Positions 35,111-49,968 of a stretch of 64,000 nt of DNA are shown here, one piece after another (position 1 is the stretch's first letter; the number at the start of each line of letters is the position of its first letter). The position numbers and the translations under genes are program-made. Below the pieces are notes generated by a model. It worked only from the letters and a program-made list of their open reading frames with translations, did no database searches and was not told the origin of the DNA. Source of the stretch: Octopus sinensis (taxonomy: Eukaryota); NCBI RefSeq assembly GCF_006345805.1, contig NC_043001.1, positions 118,792,001 to 118,856,000 on the forward strand. Reading direction: 5' to 3'.

Positions 35111-36479
35111 TTTTAATAGAAGATTATACCTTTATAATGAAAGCGGCAATCAAAGGTACCCAAATGCATTTTTAGTTTTAACAAACATACGGAATCTAAG
35201 AGATGACCATCCGCAATTTTCACTTGTCATCTTGAATACATATATACACATACAAGAGATGAACGCAGAACACCATACATTTTGGTATTTGGGAAGAGAG
35301 TGGATTTAATTGTATGGAAAGAGAGAAAAATTAGGATGAAATACAAAACGTGTTCAGTTCATACTGAAAAGTGATTCATTTCTGTCAGCCAGGTCAGTGT
35401 AGTTGAGTTGTCCTATGCGTTTTATACACATTCTATATTGTTAACTGGATTTTGTCGGAGATGATAAAGATGTATATCAAAGGTAGTGAACTTCTCACTA
35501 TGCAATGATATACACTGTCTTGAAACGGACGTTGTGAAGATATAAATTTTCAAGATGAAAGAAATCCGACTATTGGCTTATATAGAAAAATAACAAAGGA
35601 AAAATATCTAAAGTCCAGAAAAATGAAAAGCTTAACATTTCTTTTATGTTAGGCCCTACCTTATACACCAGAACTATTTTCTTTCCACAACAGACCGACT
35701 AAGCAAATTGAAATTACTTTCAAAGCAGAAACGGTCGGCTAAGAAAGTTATTCAGACTCAACCGGATTCTCAAAGTAATTGTAAATCATGAGGCAAAGAA
35801 GTTTCATTCCGATCATCTAAGAATCTAATTATATTAGAGCTAGTGTGAACATGCTGGACATTTATAATACAAATAACATTGGCAAATAGATGAAAGCAAA
35901 TATACAAAAAACTGAAATACAGTACCCTTACTAACCACATAGAAAATAGTCTTGGGACCCCCTCCCTCCCTCAAAGAAAAATTGAACAATACTTCAGTCG
36001 TCACAGCAAATCAATCAGGTACTGATTAGTGACTGATAAATCTAAATCCTCTTAAAATCTTATACCATGAAGTTCTTTAAAGTTGCTCAAGGTCAATATT
36101 CAAAGAAGAGGTAATAAGAAAGAAGCCGACAATGTGAGGTCAAATTTGGTTGACTAACAACCTTGTGTCTGTATAATCAATGTCAGTAAGGCAAAAACTT
36201 GAATATGTTAAGAATAATAAAGCTGATTTATGAATCTATACATATTCATATGTGTATGTTTGCGCGCGCACGTGAGCGTTGAACTGATACTATATATATA
36301 TATATATATATAATATATATATATATATAATATATATATATATATTCTTTTACTTGTTTCAGTATTTGACTGCAGCCATGCTGGAGCACCGCTTTATAAA
36401 AATTATTTGTTTTTAAAGAAAGAATGTGGCTCAGAACGCTATCTGTTAACAAACTGATTGGTCAACGTTCATGTATTAA

Positions 36480-36703
36480 ACTCATACGGCACAGAATATT
36501 TTCACCTCTATAGACGTCATTGATTGGTTGAAATTGCAGAAATTGAAGAAAAGAAACAAATATTTTACAAGCTATAGAATTTTCTCAATAAAACCAAGAA
36601 AAAAAGATGTTATATAAACACATTCTACCAGTATACGAAGTTTAAAAGTGTTTAGTTACGTGGAAATTATTTTAAAAAGCTGCCGGTCAAACCGAAAAGA
36701 TCC
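36480..36703. mobile_element. Right half of a Merlin-like MITE
   Basis: Matches 21010-21222 and ends caaaccgaaaagatcc. Confidence 0.8.
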
Positions 36704-37703
36704 CAAGATAATAAGCATGTCTTATCGGACTAAGTAGTTCAAACAGTTAAATGAATCAGAGCCACCCATCGGCTATCATCATTAAATGTTAAGTGTGATG
36801 GCATTTTTAGATTGATTGATGTGTCAGATCCAGTCTACAATAATCTCGTCAAAAAGAAGTTACTACAAGAATGGTCGAAGTACAGAGGTTTGGTAACTGA
36901 AATGTCATTAAAATAACGAAGTTATTAATAATTGTTATTACCATTCTTCGTTTCTGTTTCACTCTTATGGACTGTGGCTATGCTGGAGCAACACTGTCTA
37001 AATGTCTGAGACGAGTTATTGCTACAAAAATGAAAATTTTAATCGAGGCTGGAGAGCTTTCTTTATATTTGAAGTCCACATTGAATTTAATTAAATGTAA
37101 TGTAACAAAATATTTCAGAAATAAATTATGGTAAATATTAGAGCACTAAATAACAATATAAAGACGAAAATACTCTATAAATTTCCAAAACATTACACCT
37201 CCATAATTAAGAGGGACTTTCAACAGGTTTGGACAAAGTTGATCATCGAACTCCATGCAAATATAATTATTATCAAACAATATCATCTAATATTTTAATT
37301 TTGTGTTTCGTAAATTAGACGACTGGCTAAAAGCAGATGGATTTTGATATATGAGAATTTTCAGTCCTGGCTCTGGCCATACATCAAATTAACTACAACA
37401 CCAGGTAAACAACACATTTGTGTATTTTTTAAATGCAAAATCTAGACAGACATTTTCTCGAAGCCTGCATATTTGCCTTAATCCAAGTGATTAGCAAAAC
37501 GTTAACGAGGAAGCGTTTATAAGGTTGTCTGATCTGCTAGAAATAGCGCACAGGTCTCTCTGGGGAAAAAAACGAAATTAAAGATAGAAATCGGGTTTTG
37601 CATACCCTACCTGCTTAAAAACGGTGGAACAATTGTATAATATGGGTCTAGCTGTTTTGTTTTTGTGTTTGTCTTGCAAGGATTTTGATGTGAAATCGTG
37701 TGT

Positions 37704-40343
37704 TTAACTCTTTCGTGCTGGGTGGTACAAATTAAGTACCTCTTATTTCTGTCAGTTTAATTAATGGTGATACGTAATTCGTAACGAAATTTAAAATTCT
37801 TTTCGCTGCATGGTCGGTAGCTCAGGGAATGTACCACTTCACCTATCAACCAATCAGAAGCTACTCTTACATCTGGCAACAATTTCTGCGACACAAACGG
37901 AATATTTTTTTGAGTTGAACCCATTTTGTACCAAAGGTCAGTCGACGAAAAGTACAAATTTTAGTTATAAATTTGTTTATTGAAGTGAAGGTAAGAAGAT
38001 TAAAAAAATATTTTGCTTATTAAATGTATTCTGCGTAATTATAGGTAAATTATTAAAATTTGAACGTTTATATTTAAATTGGTGCTACATTTTTAGAACT
38101 ACTGAGCAGCCAAATAAACACGTGTTCGTGCAATGAACAGTTGATTTTGCATTGTAAAATGAATATGTATTTTTTAATACTTTTTACATTATAGACATTT
38201 GTATGAAATTGATGTTTGAAAATTTAACTTAGTTAATACGAAATTAGAAGTAATTGAAAAATGTAATTTGATATACCTGTATTTTCATTTGAAGTACCTA
38301 TCTACATAGCAATATTGTTACTATTTTTCAAGGTGTGAGTCCTGTACCTAGACAATATATATATATTTTAAAGATTTATAAATTCCTTATAACATTGTGA
38401 AGTGACAACTATTAATATTTGCTGATTTTACCCTTACAAAATGTCTCTCCACCGAGATCCATATCTCAAAAACGGAGATTGAGGAAATTTTGTTTGCAGA
38501 TGTTCCTTCAGATAATGAATCAATTTGTGATGCTGATGACTCAGATGATGCTTTGGCAGAACAAAAATAATGTTCAGGAGGAAGAAACAGCAAATATAGA
38601 GTTTGAGGATTTATCAGAAACTGATTCAGATGATGTTCCATTAGCCTCATTGCTGGTAATAAAAATCCAAAATTGGCTCAGGTATTGCACAACCAACAAC
38701 TGTTTTTACTAAACCACGTCGTCTTGCAAAAGATATCCAGCAGATGCAAGAGCCCATACTTTACGTCAGTTGTTCACTGATGACATAATAGAGCATATTG
38801 TTTCTCATACTAATTTGTATGCTGTTCATTCAGGCAAAAATTTGGTTCCTATTACTGCCAAAGAAATAAAAACTTTTTTGGCAATTCATTCAATGTTGGG
38901 AGTACAGCGTTTGCCCAGTTAGAGATTAATGGAGTACAGATCCAAAGCTAAATCCTTTTATAAGCAGACTAATTCCATTAAAAAAATTCGATTGGTTATC
39001 ATCACATGTTCATTTAAATGACAATTCTCTTATGCCAGAAAGGGCCTCCCCTAACTTAGTTAAATTGTACAAAGTCAGACCATATCATGAAGTGATCATA
39101 ATTAATTTAAAAAATGCTATTGTGCAAATGATATAGTTGCAGTGGGTGGATCAATGGTAAAATTTAAGGGTAGGAATAGTCTAAAGCAATATAACCCCAT
39201 CAAAACAATAATAGGGGTTACAAAATCTGGGTACTGGCTGATAAGTCAAAGTATTTTATTGATGGTGAAATTTATACAGGTAAAAACACTGGTAAAGTTA
39301 CAAGAGACTTTGAAGGGAATGTAGTTAGAAAACTAACAAGTCAACTACAAAGAGGAAACCATAATGTTTTTTGACAACTATTTTACTAGTTATGACCTAG
39401 TTAAATATTTGAAAGGAGGTCAATTATTTGCATGTGGCACTGAAAATAAGAAAAGGGTGAAATTTTCTCAATCTTATAAGAATGACAAAGACTTGGAAAG
39501 AGGTGAACATGACTGGTTTATTTCTGACGATGGAATCTCGGCTGTGAAATGGAAAGATAAGAGAGTGGTATATGTTACTTCAAATTTTCCTGATCCTACT
39601 GAAATATGCCAAGTTTTAAGGCGAGGAAAGGATGGAAGCAAGCTCCAAATAAACTGACCACTTATGATAAAGGGTTACAACCTCCTACATAGGAATTCTG
39701 TTGGCAAGTTTGAGCAGCAAATGAAAACCTATGAAATAGACCGTAAAAGACACAAATGGTGGCACAGAATATTTTAAAAACTTTCTTGATGCAACAATTG
39801 TAAACGCTTTCGTACTTTAATAAGAAAGTACAGGACAGTAATATGACACTGAAAAAAATTCAGATTGGAGGTTATTAATGGCTTAGCAGCAGAATCTATT
39901 GTGCTAAAGAAAAAGACTAAAGGGCCTTCATTAGAAATTAAAAAGCGAAAGCCTCATGTTTCATTAAAAATTAGAAAGAGAGAGTCGGCTCATCAACCAA
40001 TAAGAGGAACTAGAAGAAGGAGTGCTTTGTGCAGTTCAAAAGCTAGACAAATCAGAACAGAGTGGAAATGTTCTATTTGCGAAGTTCCTCTGTCTTGGTA
40101 AAAAGAAGTAATGTTTCCAAGATTATCACAAATAAAGATGTACCTAGTGTTCGGAGGTACAAATTTTAGACCACCTCCACTTAGTCAAAATTATATATAT
40201 TTTTTGTAAATTCCCACTAGAAATGCCTAATTTAGTTGATAATAAAGTACAAATTTATGTGTGGTCAATATAAAGTCAATGAGTAAATTTTTGCCCTTCT
40301 AGAGTTTTTTTTGGCCTATCTATCTCGCCCCTGCAAGACTCAA
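37704..40343 (+). pseudogene. Decayed piggyBac transposon (transposase about 38400-40135)
   Basis: LFTDDIIEHIV.HTNLYA, KLYKVRP, SMVKFKGRNSLKQYNP, FFDNYFTS, ACGT, WKDKRVV, KWWHRIF and a C-terminal Cys-rich domain; left end TTAA-ctcttt; right end uncertain. Confidence 0.9.
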
Positions 40344-40866
40344 ACAGATGTACCTTAAGGGTGTCATTTTCCAATTAAGATACACGCATTAGTTATTTCG
40401 TTTATTTTCACTATTGGTAGTCAACTAGTCAACTAACTAATCGATTGTTTACCAAGTTATTTAGTGAAGATAATTTCTATCGAAGTGATCCTCATATGAT
40501 TTTATCAACCTTAGAGTGAGGAAAGAAAAGTAAGTGAGATCCACAATATAGAGAAATGACATTAAGTATAGAAAGACATCTAATTCCGTAATCAACAAAA
40601 CGATGGTTTGGCTGTTTTTCTGCACTTAGTGTCATCTCTATATTGTGGGCCCAATTTCAGAGCCATTAATCGGTCCCTTGACCCACTAGAAATAGCAGCG
40701 GAATCCTCGTCAAAATATAGCCAACCATTTTAGAAAATAATACTCATTAAAATAATGTGGGGTAGTTTCATAGTTGTAAGTGCCCAAGGTGAGGAGCAGA
40801 GGCACTTTTTGTACCGACACGATAATGAATAGGCATGATATAAACAAGAGCACACTTTACACTTAC

Positions 40867-40935
40867 GTGTGCGTTTAGGGAGTCGCTGATTGTATCCTTC
40901 ACTCTGATCCTCCTTGCTATGCCTCTAATGTGGTT
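40867..40935 (-). other. Candidate 69-nt internal exon (NHIRGIARRIRVKDTISDSLNAH)
   Basis: Minus-strand pyrimidine tract...tttag acceptor, cac|gtaagt donor, one open frame, length divisible by 3; protein not recognised. Confidence 0.35.
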
Positions 40936-41232
40936 CTAAATGTATTGTACAAAGCAAGAGAAAGAAAGAAAGAAAGAAAGAAGTCAAACCCTGCGTTTGT
41001 CAAAGCTAATGCAAAACCCGGTTTTGATTTTTAATTTCTTTTCTTTCCCAGGTTCGGTCAGGTGGTTGTCAGGTGGTTGGCAATTGAAAGAAAGACAATG
41101 GACATCAGATAATCTCATTCCTCTTCCACATCACCTCACTACACCAGTCGGAATCGAATTTCAGGTCTTATATTATTCTTCAGTATGAAATATCGATAAC
41201 TCAAGAATTTCTTTACCTTTATCGAATTATGG

Positions 41233-41320
<88 letters not shown>

Positions 41321-41345
41321 GATGCTGCTGCTGCTGCTGCTGCTG

Positions 41346-41392
<47 letters not shown>
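41233..41392. repeat. Compound trinucleotide repeat (CAT)n(CAA)n(GCT)n(ACT)n
   Basis: Direct inspection. Confidence 0.95.
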
Positions 41393-42564
41393 GAATAAAT
41401 AAATGAAACAAAAGGAAACACACGAGTTTGTCATATAAGAATAATAGGGTCGCTAAATTTGGTAAAATGAGAAAAAAATGTTTGTATACATACACATACA
41501 TACACACATGCACAAACACGTGACTATACATACATACATACATACATACATACATACATACATACATACATACATACATACTAATGAGATAGCAATTGTT
41601 TTATCCTGAGCATTGCTGGAAAACGTTTGACAGCTCAGCGAAGGTAATGGTAGCGGTGGTTGAGGTAGTTTGGTGATGGATGTGATGGTGGTGGTGGTGG
41701 TAATGGTGGATAGTGGTTGTGGTAGTTGTAGATGTGGTGGTAGTGGTGCTCGGGGGAGTGATTGTGACTGTTGTCATGCTGGTGATGTGCTGTGGTAGTT
41801 GTGGTGGTATGTTCTGATGTTGGTGTGTTTGATGGTCGTTGCTTAGCAGTGGATCAGACCGGATCATGGCAATCCTATCTTTCTTGGAGTATTTGTAGCA
41901 TATTCAAGGATTAGAACCATCATTGGAGACTCTGGTCGCTCAATCAGTTAGAAATAGTTATAAAATGCTGTCGTCTCAAATAATATGAGGACGCATTAGA
42001 TGACGTAGTCCTAGATGTACTAAGCAAACCATAACCATTACTTGCAAGAGTTAAGGTTATAGTTTGGTTTAAAAAAAACTTACAACATGGTGCATGTTAC
42101 CAAGTGAGACATGTATCTAACTTGCTAACTATCTCCCGCTTTTGCTATTTGCTTAACGTGTCAATGTAATCGCAAGTAGACATGACACCTTCTCAGCCCT
42201 CCCACTCTGGGTTAAGTGGAACACCTTGGATAATAATGGTAAGAAGGACGCACGATCGTTCGGTTGGTACTCTTTACGGTTATGTAGACTGAAGCAACGT
42301 GAAATGAATGTGTTTTACTTAAGGACAAAATACATCGTCTACTCTATGAATCGAACCCATGACCTTATTATCGTGAGTCCAGCATTCTAACTATTAGGCC
42401 ATCTCAAAAAGAAAGACACTTGGAACGCCTATGATTATAAATGTGGTTGAAATCTATCGAGGTCAAATTTATCTTTCGTCCTTTAAGGGGTCGATAAAAT
42501 AAAATACCAGTTAATCCCTTCCCCAAATTTTAGGCCTTGTGCTCATATATGAAACACTTTTTCT

Positions 42565-42784
42565 TTTATTCTTTTACCTGTTTCAGTCATTTGGCTGTGA
42601 TCGTGCTGGAGCACCGCCTTAAAGGGTTTACGTCGAAAAAATCGACTCCAGGACTTATTCTTTGTAAGCCTAGCACTTATTCCATCGGTTTCTTTTGCTA
42701 AACTGCTAAGTTACGGGGACGTAAGCACATTAGCATCGATTGTGAAGCGATGGTGGTGGAGAGGAGACAAACACAGACACACGT

Positions 42785-42790
<6 letters not shown>
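42565..42790 (-). mobile_element. SINE family A tail
   Basis: cttttacctgtttcagtcatt...gacttattctttgtaagcc. Confidence 0.75.
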
Positions 42791-42859
<69 letters not shown>

Positions 42860-43344
42860 TCAAATCTTACTGAGGTCAACTTTGTCTTTGTCTGGCACTT
42901 TATTTTATCAAACCCCGAAGAGGTTCCATGAAATAAAGTACCAGTCAAATACTGGGGTCAAAAAATATCAGAATTGTTGATAACTTGACACTTTTTATAA
43001 GCAACGATTCTCCGGAAATAGCATATCGTTAAAGAAAAGACAGCATTCAAAAAAAATGTTTCTGGAGACAAGGGTATGGTTGTGAATCCGCAGCTACATT
43101 CCTGCAATATTCTTAACATAGTTTCTCCCTTCATTCTTGCAGTAATTATTCATTATCCCAAATATATTGCCTTCAAATTCCAAAGATAAATTTCCATTTC
43201 TCGCCTTTTAATATATATTACTGTTTCTCCAGGTAAGTCCTTTGAACTTTCAATTGCATTTTTTCCCGTTTCATTATTTCTTAAACATAGGTATACACAT
43301 ATCACACACGAATACGAATATGAATACATAGGCACTTGCTTACA

Positions 43345-43640
43345 TGCACACATACATAAACACATTCATACACACATACACAAAAACATTCATACGCACA
43401 TACATATACACTTACAGATACATACATACATACATACATACATACATACATACATACGTACGTATATACATACATACATGCATGCATACATACATACATA
43501 CATACATACATACATACATACATACATACATACATACATACATACGTACGTACGTACATACATACATACATACATGCATACATGCATACATACATACATA
43601 CATACATACATACATACATACATACATACATGCACACAAA
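43345..43640. repeat. (TACA)n microsatellite
   Basis: Direct inspection. Confidence 0.95.
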
Positions 43641-45376
43641 CAGATGCATATATACATAGACCTGTAGTTCTCAGTGTCCCACGTCACATTCCTCCCCACT
43701 GCACTTGGTGACCTCAAGTTTCCTAAATTTCTCATTTTGGTAAAAAATCTAGTAATATTTTCACCATTATAATTATAGAGTTGTAATTATTGAAACAATC
43801 CATGAAACTAAATTACTTTATTAATTGCGACCAAATGAAAGCATTTTATTTCAATAGATCATAAAAGTTCTATTTAATTTAATGCCAAATATACTGCCGA
43901 GAAGACAAAAAACAGTTTATTGTCATCGAGAGAAAAAAGAGGGTGTAGCATGTCAGGAAAGCTACTTTAGTTGTCGCGCCATAGCGCACTTGTGTTATAG
44001 AATCAGGGCTGGGCGCGGATGAATACTAGAAGCAGTTCTCTGCCCTTAAAGGGAAGCCCGCGTTTTGATCAGTTAGCGGATAGACGGCAGACGAGAAACA
44101 TGGAACAGCCTCTTTGTTTTTCACACAAACTGAGCGCCGCTAGCTCTAAATTTTGAGCCGCTCTCAACTTGCTATATCGTAAATAGTCTATTTCATTTAT
44201 GCCCACTACTCTTGTCATGTTATGAGCAGTATATTTTCGTTTATTCCTATTAGCTCATAATGACTTCCAACTGAGTCTACTTACTATAAAGCTTTCTCTG
44301 ACTCATGCACACATACCCAGGCTACACTCTCATTACTTGTTAGATCTTGAGATAATTTAATAAATCAAATTATTTGTTTAAAAACTCCCTTCAAAAGCTC
44401 ACTCATAGGACTTTTTCACGAACACTTTCATACTATAAATTAGTGATCACACCCACTAAAAGTGTAATAATCAAATCCTTGCAATACAAAACTTTCATTT
44501 GATTTATTGCTCACTATGGCCTGAATGAATAGAAACTAAATTAGGATATCGAGAAACAGTTTTGCTCGAAGATCCCCATTCAAACAAAGGCTGAACTGTC
44601 TTCGTTTATTTAGACAATATATTCACAACAGCACTAAAGAGATATTTAACTATGTTGTTGGGAATAACAAAAGCGTTCTACCGAGCCCGAATATAATATA
44701 ACCATGAACACACCTTTCAAACCTCAATAATCGAAAAGTCCCAAAGAATTTTCGTGAGCTGTTAATTCATAATTTGTATTTCATTTGATATAGACACAGT
44801 GTACAAGGTGCATTCTTACCTAGTTTAGAGAGGCCTTTCTTGACTGGCCCAGTTTCCCTCTCAACTGGCTAAAATTCCTTTCCTTAGATTTGAAATTTCT
44901 CCTCTGGGAACTAAATATATCGCTCCCTTTTGAAAATCGTTGCCTTAGACATGGATAAGATTAAGAGTCATTAACAAGGAGCCAAAGGGCACTCGAAATA
45001 GACAGTGGCTCTCTCTACTGGAATCGTCAACCAAACCACAAATTACACAAATCACACTTGCCGTCTTAAAGGTTACGTTGCATAATATAGTCACTGATAT
45101 ACAAAGCAACAGTATCTTGTCAGAAAAGAGGCACCTTTCATTAAGAATATTACATCGACCCCAGTGCGTAACTGGTACTTATTTTATCGACCCCGAAAGG
45201 AGGAGAGGCAAAGTCATCTTCGGCGGAATTTGAACTCAGAACGTATAATAATAACAACAACAACAATAATGATAATCATCCTTTCTACTAAAGACTCAAG
45301 GCCTGAAATTTGGGGGGAGGGGACTAGTCGATTACATCGATCCTAGTGTTTCACTGTCCTCTTCCTTTATGTTTGC

Positions 45377-45430
45377 AATAATAATAATAATAATAATAAT
45401 AACAATAATAACAATAATAATAATAATAAC

Positions 45431-45489
<59 letters not shown>

Positions 45490-45514
45490 TAATAACAATA
45501 ATAATAATAATAAC

Positions 45515-45586
<72 letters not shown>
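45377..45586. repeat. (AAT)n microsatellite next to minus-strand SINE B fragments (45150-45350)
   Basis: Direct inspection. Confidence 0.9.
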
Positions 45587-45587
<1 letters not shown>

Positions 45588-46612
45588 GATATTCGGTGCC
45601 GAACACCCAGTGAATAATCTCCTGTAGTTTGCCGGGAGACAATCCAGTCTGTCTGGCATTTTGATAAATGCGTTGGCCACCATTTCAAGGACAGCCATAC
45701 ATGACTTCCACTCATAACCAATAAATCAATAGGACGTACAATAGCCTTTCTCTTTGATTCTTATTCTTATATTTTATTTCCCCCCCCCCTCCAGCTTCTC
45801 ATCTCTCCAAACAAAAGCGGTATTGACAGAATAAGCTCGCCATCCATGTTGGACCTGTTAGACATACTGGTTTTCTTTTACAACGAACAAAGCAAAACTA
45901 GATTTTTCTAGCGTGCCAAGTCTAGTACAGCAATGGAAGCGAAGCAGCGGCAGCAGCTGCACGCCACCACCACCACCACTGTCCTCCTCTTCCTTTTCTT
46001 CTTCTTCCTCCTCCTCCTTCGCCTCCTCTTCCTCGTCTTCATCTTCATTAACATTTTTCATTTCATGATGATGATGATGATGATTATGATGATCATGACC
46101 ATCATTAGTTTCTCCATAACTTTTAACCTCCCCTCTTCTCCTCTTCCTTCTCCTCATTATTATTATCATCATCAACGCCATCATCATAATCATCATAATC
46201 ATTATTAATTTATGCCATCAGCACAACCACCTCTGCTCATAGTGCTTCTCCTCTTCCTTCGCCTGTTCCTCCTCCTGTTCCTCCTCTGACTGCTTCTCCT
46301 GTTGTTGCTGCCTCTGCCCCTCCTCCTCCTCCTCATGATAACAATAGAAGAATAGCAATGCCATTTTTTAAAACTTCAAGAGATGCCTATATTTGGAGCA
46401 TTGGGTTATAACTGGTCAAATTCAACCGCAATATATTACTGGTATTTAATTTGTCGATTCCAGTAGGAGGAAAAACAAAGTAGATGATAGTGATTTACAG
46501 TGATGAAGTACCAGACCAGTGTTTACAACGGAGAAAATGATTGAAATGTAACTGACACCCAGTAACTGACCGGTTGTTGTTATTTGACCCCTAGGTCAGT
46601 CCTCATCGAGTA

Positions 46613-49199
46613 CAGGACCAGATTTAAACCATGGGGTGGGGCAGGACACTTCAAATTCAGTGGCTCCCCTCATGCATAGGAATTAAAATTTTGGAAAATT
46701 TAGCAATTTTATATCGTAAAACCCATCTATCGCATGTAATTGCATTTGATGAGGAAGCTGAGAAAGTTTAAATAAACGACTGAAAATGCCACTTTATAGA
46801 TACGCTTTTCAATATTCCAATTCACTTGCAGTGTTTGACTTTTCCCTCATTATGTAAAGTACAATGAAGGAGAGACAAACATTGAAAAGACAATGATTTT
46901 TAAAACATTTGTTTTAAAAAAGCTTCCCTTCGTTATTTTGCAATGCAAAAAAAAAAAAACGAAAAAAAAGGGAAAATCCTGACAAAATTTGCGAAATTCC
47001 AACATATAAAGGACAGCTATTCCGAAAGAATTGCGTTTCTTCATCAGATGACAACATACGAGTTCTGGTCTTCTCGTAGGTCTTCGAAACAGCAAGAACT
47101 AGTTCTGGAATGCCGTATGCTTTAAAGATCTTCAATATTTTGTAACGACGGGTGCTGTCAAACCCGTTGCTGAAGTCCATGAATGTTATAATGGCAAGAA
47201 GCAGTCTTCATTTAACTCCTATGATATTCCTCAGGGCTAAGATCGGAGATGTGGCTCTCCTTAGTCTAAATCCATTTTGATTTCGTCTTAGATGGCTATC
47301 AAGCACCTGTTGAGGATCATTCGGTTGTGGACTTTGAGTGAGATGTTGGACAATGCAATTCCTCTGTAGTTAGTTTCATTGCTAAGGCTTTCTGACTTTG
47401 GGATTGCTATCCCGTTAATCTTGGACGACTGATCTAGACTTTTTTGGTTCTGCAAAAAATAACCCGGTCGTTTTAATAAATATTCCAAAACTCTGTTTTT
47501 CCTGTTTCCAGTAAGGGGTGGTGGGGCACAACATTTACTGCATTTTTGACTTTGAAAAAAATTGTTTTAATGTTCCTATCTAACAAAAGCTACACCAGCT
47601 AAGCAAATGACTTTCTCTAAATGCATTAAAAGCACTTTAACATATTCAGAACATTATTTCAGAAAATTACCTCTGTTCTCTTTGAGCATATAAAAGACAA
47701 ATTTAGATGGGTCAAAATGAGTAAGAAAAGATAAGGTAAATTTACCTCCTCATTTCTTCAGAATTACATTTGAAAAAAAAACTTATACATATCAATATCT
47801 AAGTTAAATGAAAAGGAATCTTGGAAAAATGGCATAATAGGAAAGTAACGAAACTTGACTAAATGAAAAAAAAACTCAACATAAATTATTCTCTATAGCT
47901 TCTTCACGATCTGCTGGAATGGATCTCTGCATAATTCTGGTTTAAGTACTCTATACCCTCGTAACTTCAAAATTTTTGGAATTTTCAAAACACGCGAGGA
48001 TTCATACAACTATGAAAATTTTTTTTTTAGTTTTTCGAATTTTTTTTTTAACTACTGACAGTCCTAAATTTTGCCTTCCATCCCAGCGTTAGGCCATTAA
48101 ACGTGTTTAATGGGGAGAAAGATACTGAAAAGCATCAATGCGTCAGAGTGACAAAGAAACAAAGAGGGTATCAGGTGGTCATGAGATGTGCTGAAAATAA
48201 CAGCTAAATAGCCCTTAAATCGGACACAAAAACATTATTTTTGTTTTTTTCATAGATGTATGAATTCCCGTGCGCAGAATACACATTCGCAAAATGTTCT
48301 GAATATTCCAAAAGCATTTATTCACGACGCATTTAAAGAGAAGAGACTATTGAAATTAATCGTTACTCATTTTGCCCCAATTTAGACTTCAGTTTTTGAA
48401 AATTGAAAATTATCAAATTAGACATTAGTGTGGGGAAAAATTGACTTGGAACCAAATTTTGGAAAGAATTTGAATTGTTGAACACCCAAAGCTGTCTAGA
48501 TCTTTTATTAGCAACCTCAATTGCAACTGGGTTATAAGTTAAGGGAAAATTTCTTGAAAATAAAGTACGTTACTTGACGGTTTCAAACTGGCTGAAGTAC
48601 AACAACAATGGTGGCCAATGTTTACTCCTAACGATGATGCAAGAGTACAAAATGGCGATGCAATACTTGCAATAGAATACTTTCAAACAAACAGTCAGAA
48701 AATAACAAGAAATTGATAGCAACTCATTTTGCCCCACTTCTTTGTAGTTATTTCAAGTATTTAACAAAATGGCAAAAAATAGTGAAGAAAGAAAGAGAGA
48801 AAAACATTCGGTTTAATGAAAACATGTGAGTATAAAAGCAATAATTCTAAAGCTGGAAAAAAAAATGCATTGAGTTTTTGAGAGATGTAATTTTGTAATT
48901 AAAACTAAATTCAAAATTTAAATTTTGGAACATATTACTTATTTGCTCTTTCGTAAAATAAGACCAGTTTTCAATGCCTCACTGAAGTAATGAAGTTCAC
49001 AATGACAATACATATTTCTGCATATTTGAGTGTGTGTGCGTGTGTCTTTAATGGCCAGTGGTCAATCTAAGGTCACTGTGCTCAGGCATGCATTGGAAGG
49101 AGGAATCTGAACTAGAGACAATAAACAACTTTCTATCAATCTCTTTTATAGATCTTTATATACATCCATACTCACTCCCTCCCTGTTACACACACATAT

Positions 49200-49290
<91 letters not shown>

Positions 49291-49596
49291 TTTGGAGTGT
49301 CTTGCTTTTTGTCGATGTCCCAAAAGGAACTACAATTAATTCCTATGGGAATTGCGGATGCATTGGGAATGGGTGCTTTGAATGAATTGATGTCACTAAA
49401 AAAACTGGTTATGTATAAAAAAAAAGGCCCATTACATCTTTTACGTTATGTTTGTTTATTGAAAGAGAGCCTCTGTATGCAAGATTGCTGGGAGGTGGAG
49501 GGCCTCCCCGTATTGAGTGCTACATAGCAGAAAGGTCTATATCTAGTGCATGCCCGGAGAAATTGCGCTCTTCGACTCCCTATAAATTTGGCCCTG
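46613..49596. mobile_element. Non-autonomous hAT-type element (about 3 kb)
   Basis: TIRs caggaccagattta / taaatttggccctg (12/14); 8-bp TSD atcgagta / atcgagtg; flanks rejoin as a family E repeat. Confidence 0.7.
47020..47415 (-). pseudogene. RTE-like reverse transcriptase fragment
   Basis: IPKS...NYRGIAL, NQNGFR, FMDFSNGFDS, KAYGIP. Confidence 0.8.
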
Positions 49597-49968
49597 ATCG
49601 AGTGGTCCTGTAACCAGGGGCATTTCATATGTGACCTATACCTTCTTTTGTAGACAGGATGTATATAATGTGTTCGCTATTTTTTAAGACAAGGGAATGT
49701 TAGTTATCAGTTATAAACGGGTTGTAAGATCACTTAGGGCAAGGTTTCTCTACAACTTTTCATCTATGGGCTTCTTAGGTTACTATTATATTCTGGTGGA
49801 CGCCCATAGCAATATGATCTTTAAAAACTAGTTTTATGGATACTTCTTTCAAAATTCCTAATTTGTTTTTCACACATTGACTTGTGTAGGTTGAACTATA
49901 TGTTACCAACACGGGTGCTTTTGTGATACAGATATGGGGACTTTATCCATGGCACCAGCACCTAATTA

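Noticed and set aside
41053-41400. Possible plus-strand terminal exon ending at AATAAA
   Set aside because: Only short frames and microsatellite; such signals are common in AT-rich DNA
43970-44165. CpG-rich patch as a promoter
   Set aside because: Too short and no linked transcript evidence
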